From assembly GCF_006345805.1 (NCBI RefSeq), contig NW_021824103.1, positions 1 through 19,971 on the forward strand: a DNA stretch of 19,971 nt, written 5' to 3'. Under the pieces are notes generated by a model, which saw nothing but the letters and a program-made list of their open reading frames with translations, was not told the DNA's origin and did no database searches. The translations under genes and the position numbers were made by a program. Each line of letters begins with the position of its first letter. Position 1 is the stretch's first letter. Below are positions 18,650-19,971 of the stretch, piece after piece. This DNA is from Octopus sinensis. Its lineage: Eukaryota.

Positions 18650-18800
18650 TAGTGGTGGAGATGATGGTAGTAGTCCTGGTAGTGGTTGTAGTGATAGTGG
18701 TGGTGGTAGCGGTGATTGTAGTAGTGGGGGTGCTTGTGATATAGGGGGTGATAGGTGGGAGGTAGTGTTTTTGTTGGTGGTGGAACTAGTAGTGATTGTA
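18650..18800. repeat. (GGT/AGT/GAT) low-complexity tract
   Basis: Direct reading. Confidence 0.85.
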
Positions 18801-18919
18801 TTTGTACACACATCCGGTTAGTAAGTAGCCACAAACCATATCAAAAAACAAAACTCTCTCTCTCTCACACACACACACAAACGTATGTGTGACTTTTATA
18901 CCTATTTGTATATCTCTTA

Positions 18920-19140
18920 TCTTTTCACTCATTTCAGTCATCGGACTGCGGTCATGCTGGGGCTTTGAAGATCTTTTTTTTTCAAGTCAATCAAATCCCC
19001 TTCAGTACTTATTTCAAAGCCTGAGAATTATTGTATGGGACTGTCTTGCAAAGCCGCTGCGTAATAGGGACGTAAACAAACCAATACCGGTTGTCATGCG
19101 GTAGTCGGAGACAAATACAAACACGGACACACACACGTAT
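18920..19140 (-). mobile_element. SINE family 1, old diverged 3' half
   Basis: TTTCAGTCATCGGACTGCGGTCATGCTGGGGC…GGGACGTAAACAAACCAATACCGGTTGTC…GAGACAAA. Confidence 0.75.
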
Positions 19141-19145
19141 CTAAA

Positions 19146-19435
19146 AGACACTCTAGGGTCATGAATGACCATTGGATTGTACCTAGAAAGTTTCCCCTCC
19201 AAGGCAAGGTTGTTTATGGAAGACCAGCAGCCGCCCATGCATACCGGCCTCCCTTCTGCACGCCACCAATGTTATCCAAAAGAAAAGCAAAAGCCAATAC
19301 AGTTTGGCATCGGTGATGAGTGAACTGGAGCAACGTGAAAAAGTTATGCTCAAGAATACAACACGGCCTGGCCTGGGAATCAAACTCACTAGCTCGTGAT
19401 TGTGAACCTGACGCCCTAACCATTGAGCTATGCAC
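19146..19435 (-). mobile_element. tRNA-derived SINE family 3, near full length
   Basis: Minus-strand head GTGCATAGCTCAATGGTTAGGGCGTCAGG (A box TAGCTCAATGG)…GAGTTTGATTCCC (B box), then GTGTTGTATTCTTGAGCA block. Confidence 0.8.
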
Positions 19436-19661
19436 TTTGTACATCTATCTATCTATCTATCTATCTATCTATATATATATATATATTATATATATATATA
19501 TCAGTCTAACTGTCTGTGTGTCTGTTTGTCTATCTATCAATATAGAAGAAAATAGGTTTGAATTATATAAGTTACATAATCTCAGTTCATCATGTTTTTT
19601 TCCAGTCGAGCTAGTGAGTTTGATTCCCAGGCCAGGCCGTGTTGTATTCTTGAGCATAACT
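19342..19661. repeat. Perfect 55-bp inverted duplication (19342-19396 / 19607-19661), 210-bp spacer
   Basis: 55/55 complementary by manual comparison. Confidence 0.95.
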
Positions 19662-19691
19662 ATTTTTTTCGAAGAATTTATTAAAATAACT

Positions 19692-19910
19692 AAGGCGGCG
19701 AGCTGGCAGAATTGTTAGCACACTGGGGAAAATGCTTAGTGACATTTCGTCCGTCATTACGTTTTGAGTTCAAATTCCGCCGAAGTTGACCTTGCCTTTC
19801 ATTTCTTCAGGGTCGATAAAATAAATACGTCAAAAACTGGGATACACATAATCGACTTAGCCCCTCCCCAATCCTGCCGGGGTTGTGCCAAAATTCAAAG
19901 CCATTATTAA
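19692..19910 (+). mobile_element. SINE family 2, full-length copy
   Basis: AAGGCGGCGAGCTGGCAGAA head, GAGTTCAAATTCC B box, GCCTTTCATTTCTTCAGGGTCGATAAAATAA conserved central block. Confidence 0.9.
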
Positions 19911-19971
19911 GCTGGACCCCAAAGACACAAACTATAAATTTAAACTATAAATTTAAATGAAATGGTGAAAG

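Noticed and set aside
19929-19954. 13-bp tandem duplication AAACTATAAATTT x2
   Set aside because: Ordinary slippage duplication in AT-rich DNA.
1-19971. CRISPR array, operon or prokaryotic defence system
   Set aside because: No regularly spaced repeat-spacer units and no gene-dense coding sequence; the DNA is clearly eukaryotic repeat-rich non-coding sequence.

Overview
Eukaryotic, AT-rich, microsatellite-saturated non-coding DNA (intron or intergenic). It is most likely from an octopus/cephalopod genome, inferred from the simple-repeat load and the tRNA-derived SINE families, not from a search. I find no credible protein-coding gene: the ORF track is almost entirely translated simple repeats and SINEs. 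The only protein-like sequence is a decayed, internally inverted mariner transposase fragment (16854-17338). The window holds about 14 SINE copies or fragments from 3 families, a MITE with 30-bp TIRs, an 8-bp TSD and internal telomere-like repeats, a mariner left end, a Helitron/Helentron-like fragment and several foldback elements. The most interesting signal is a set of up to nine minimal type I hammerhead-ribozyme-like motifs of the Penelope-like-element (PLE) kind. They lie in short, mutually unrelated stretches, most next to microsatellites. One (5090-5142, minus strand) has a fully canonical core; the others show graded decay. All folds were done by eye.
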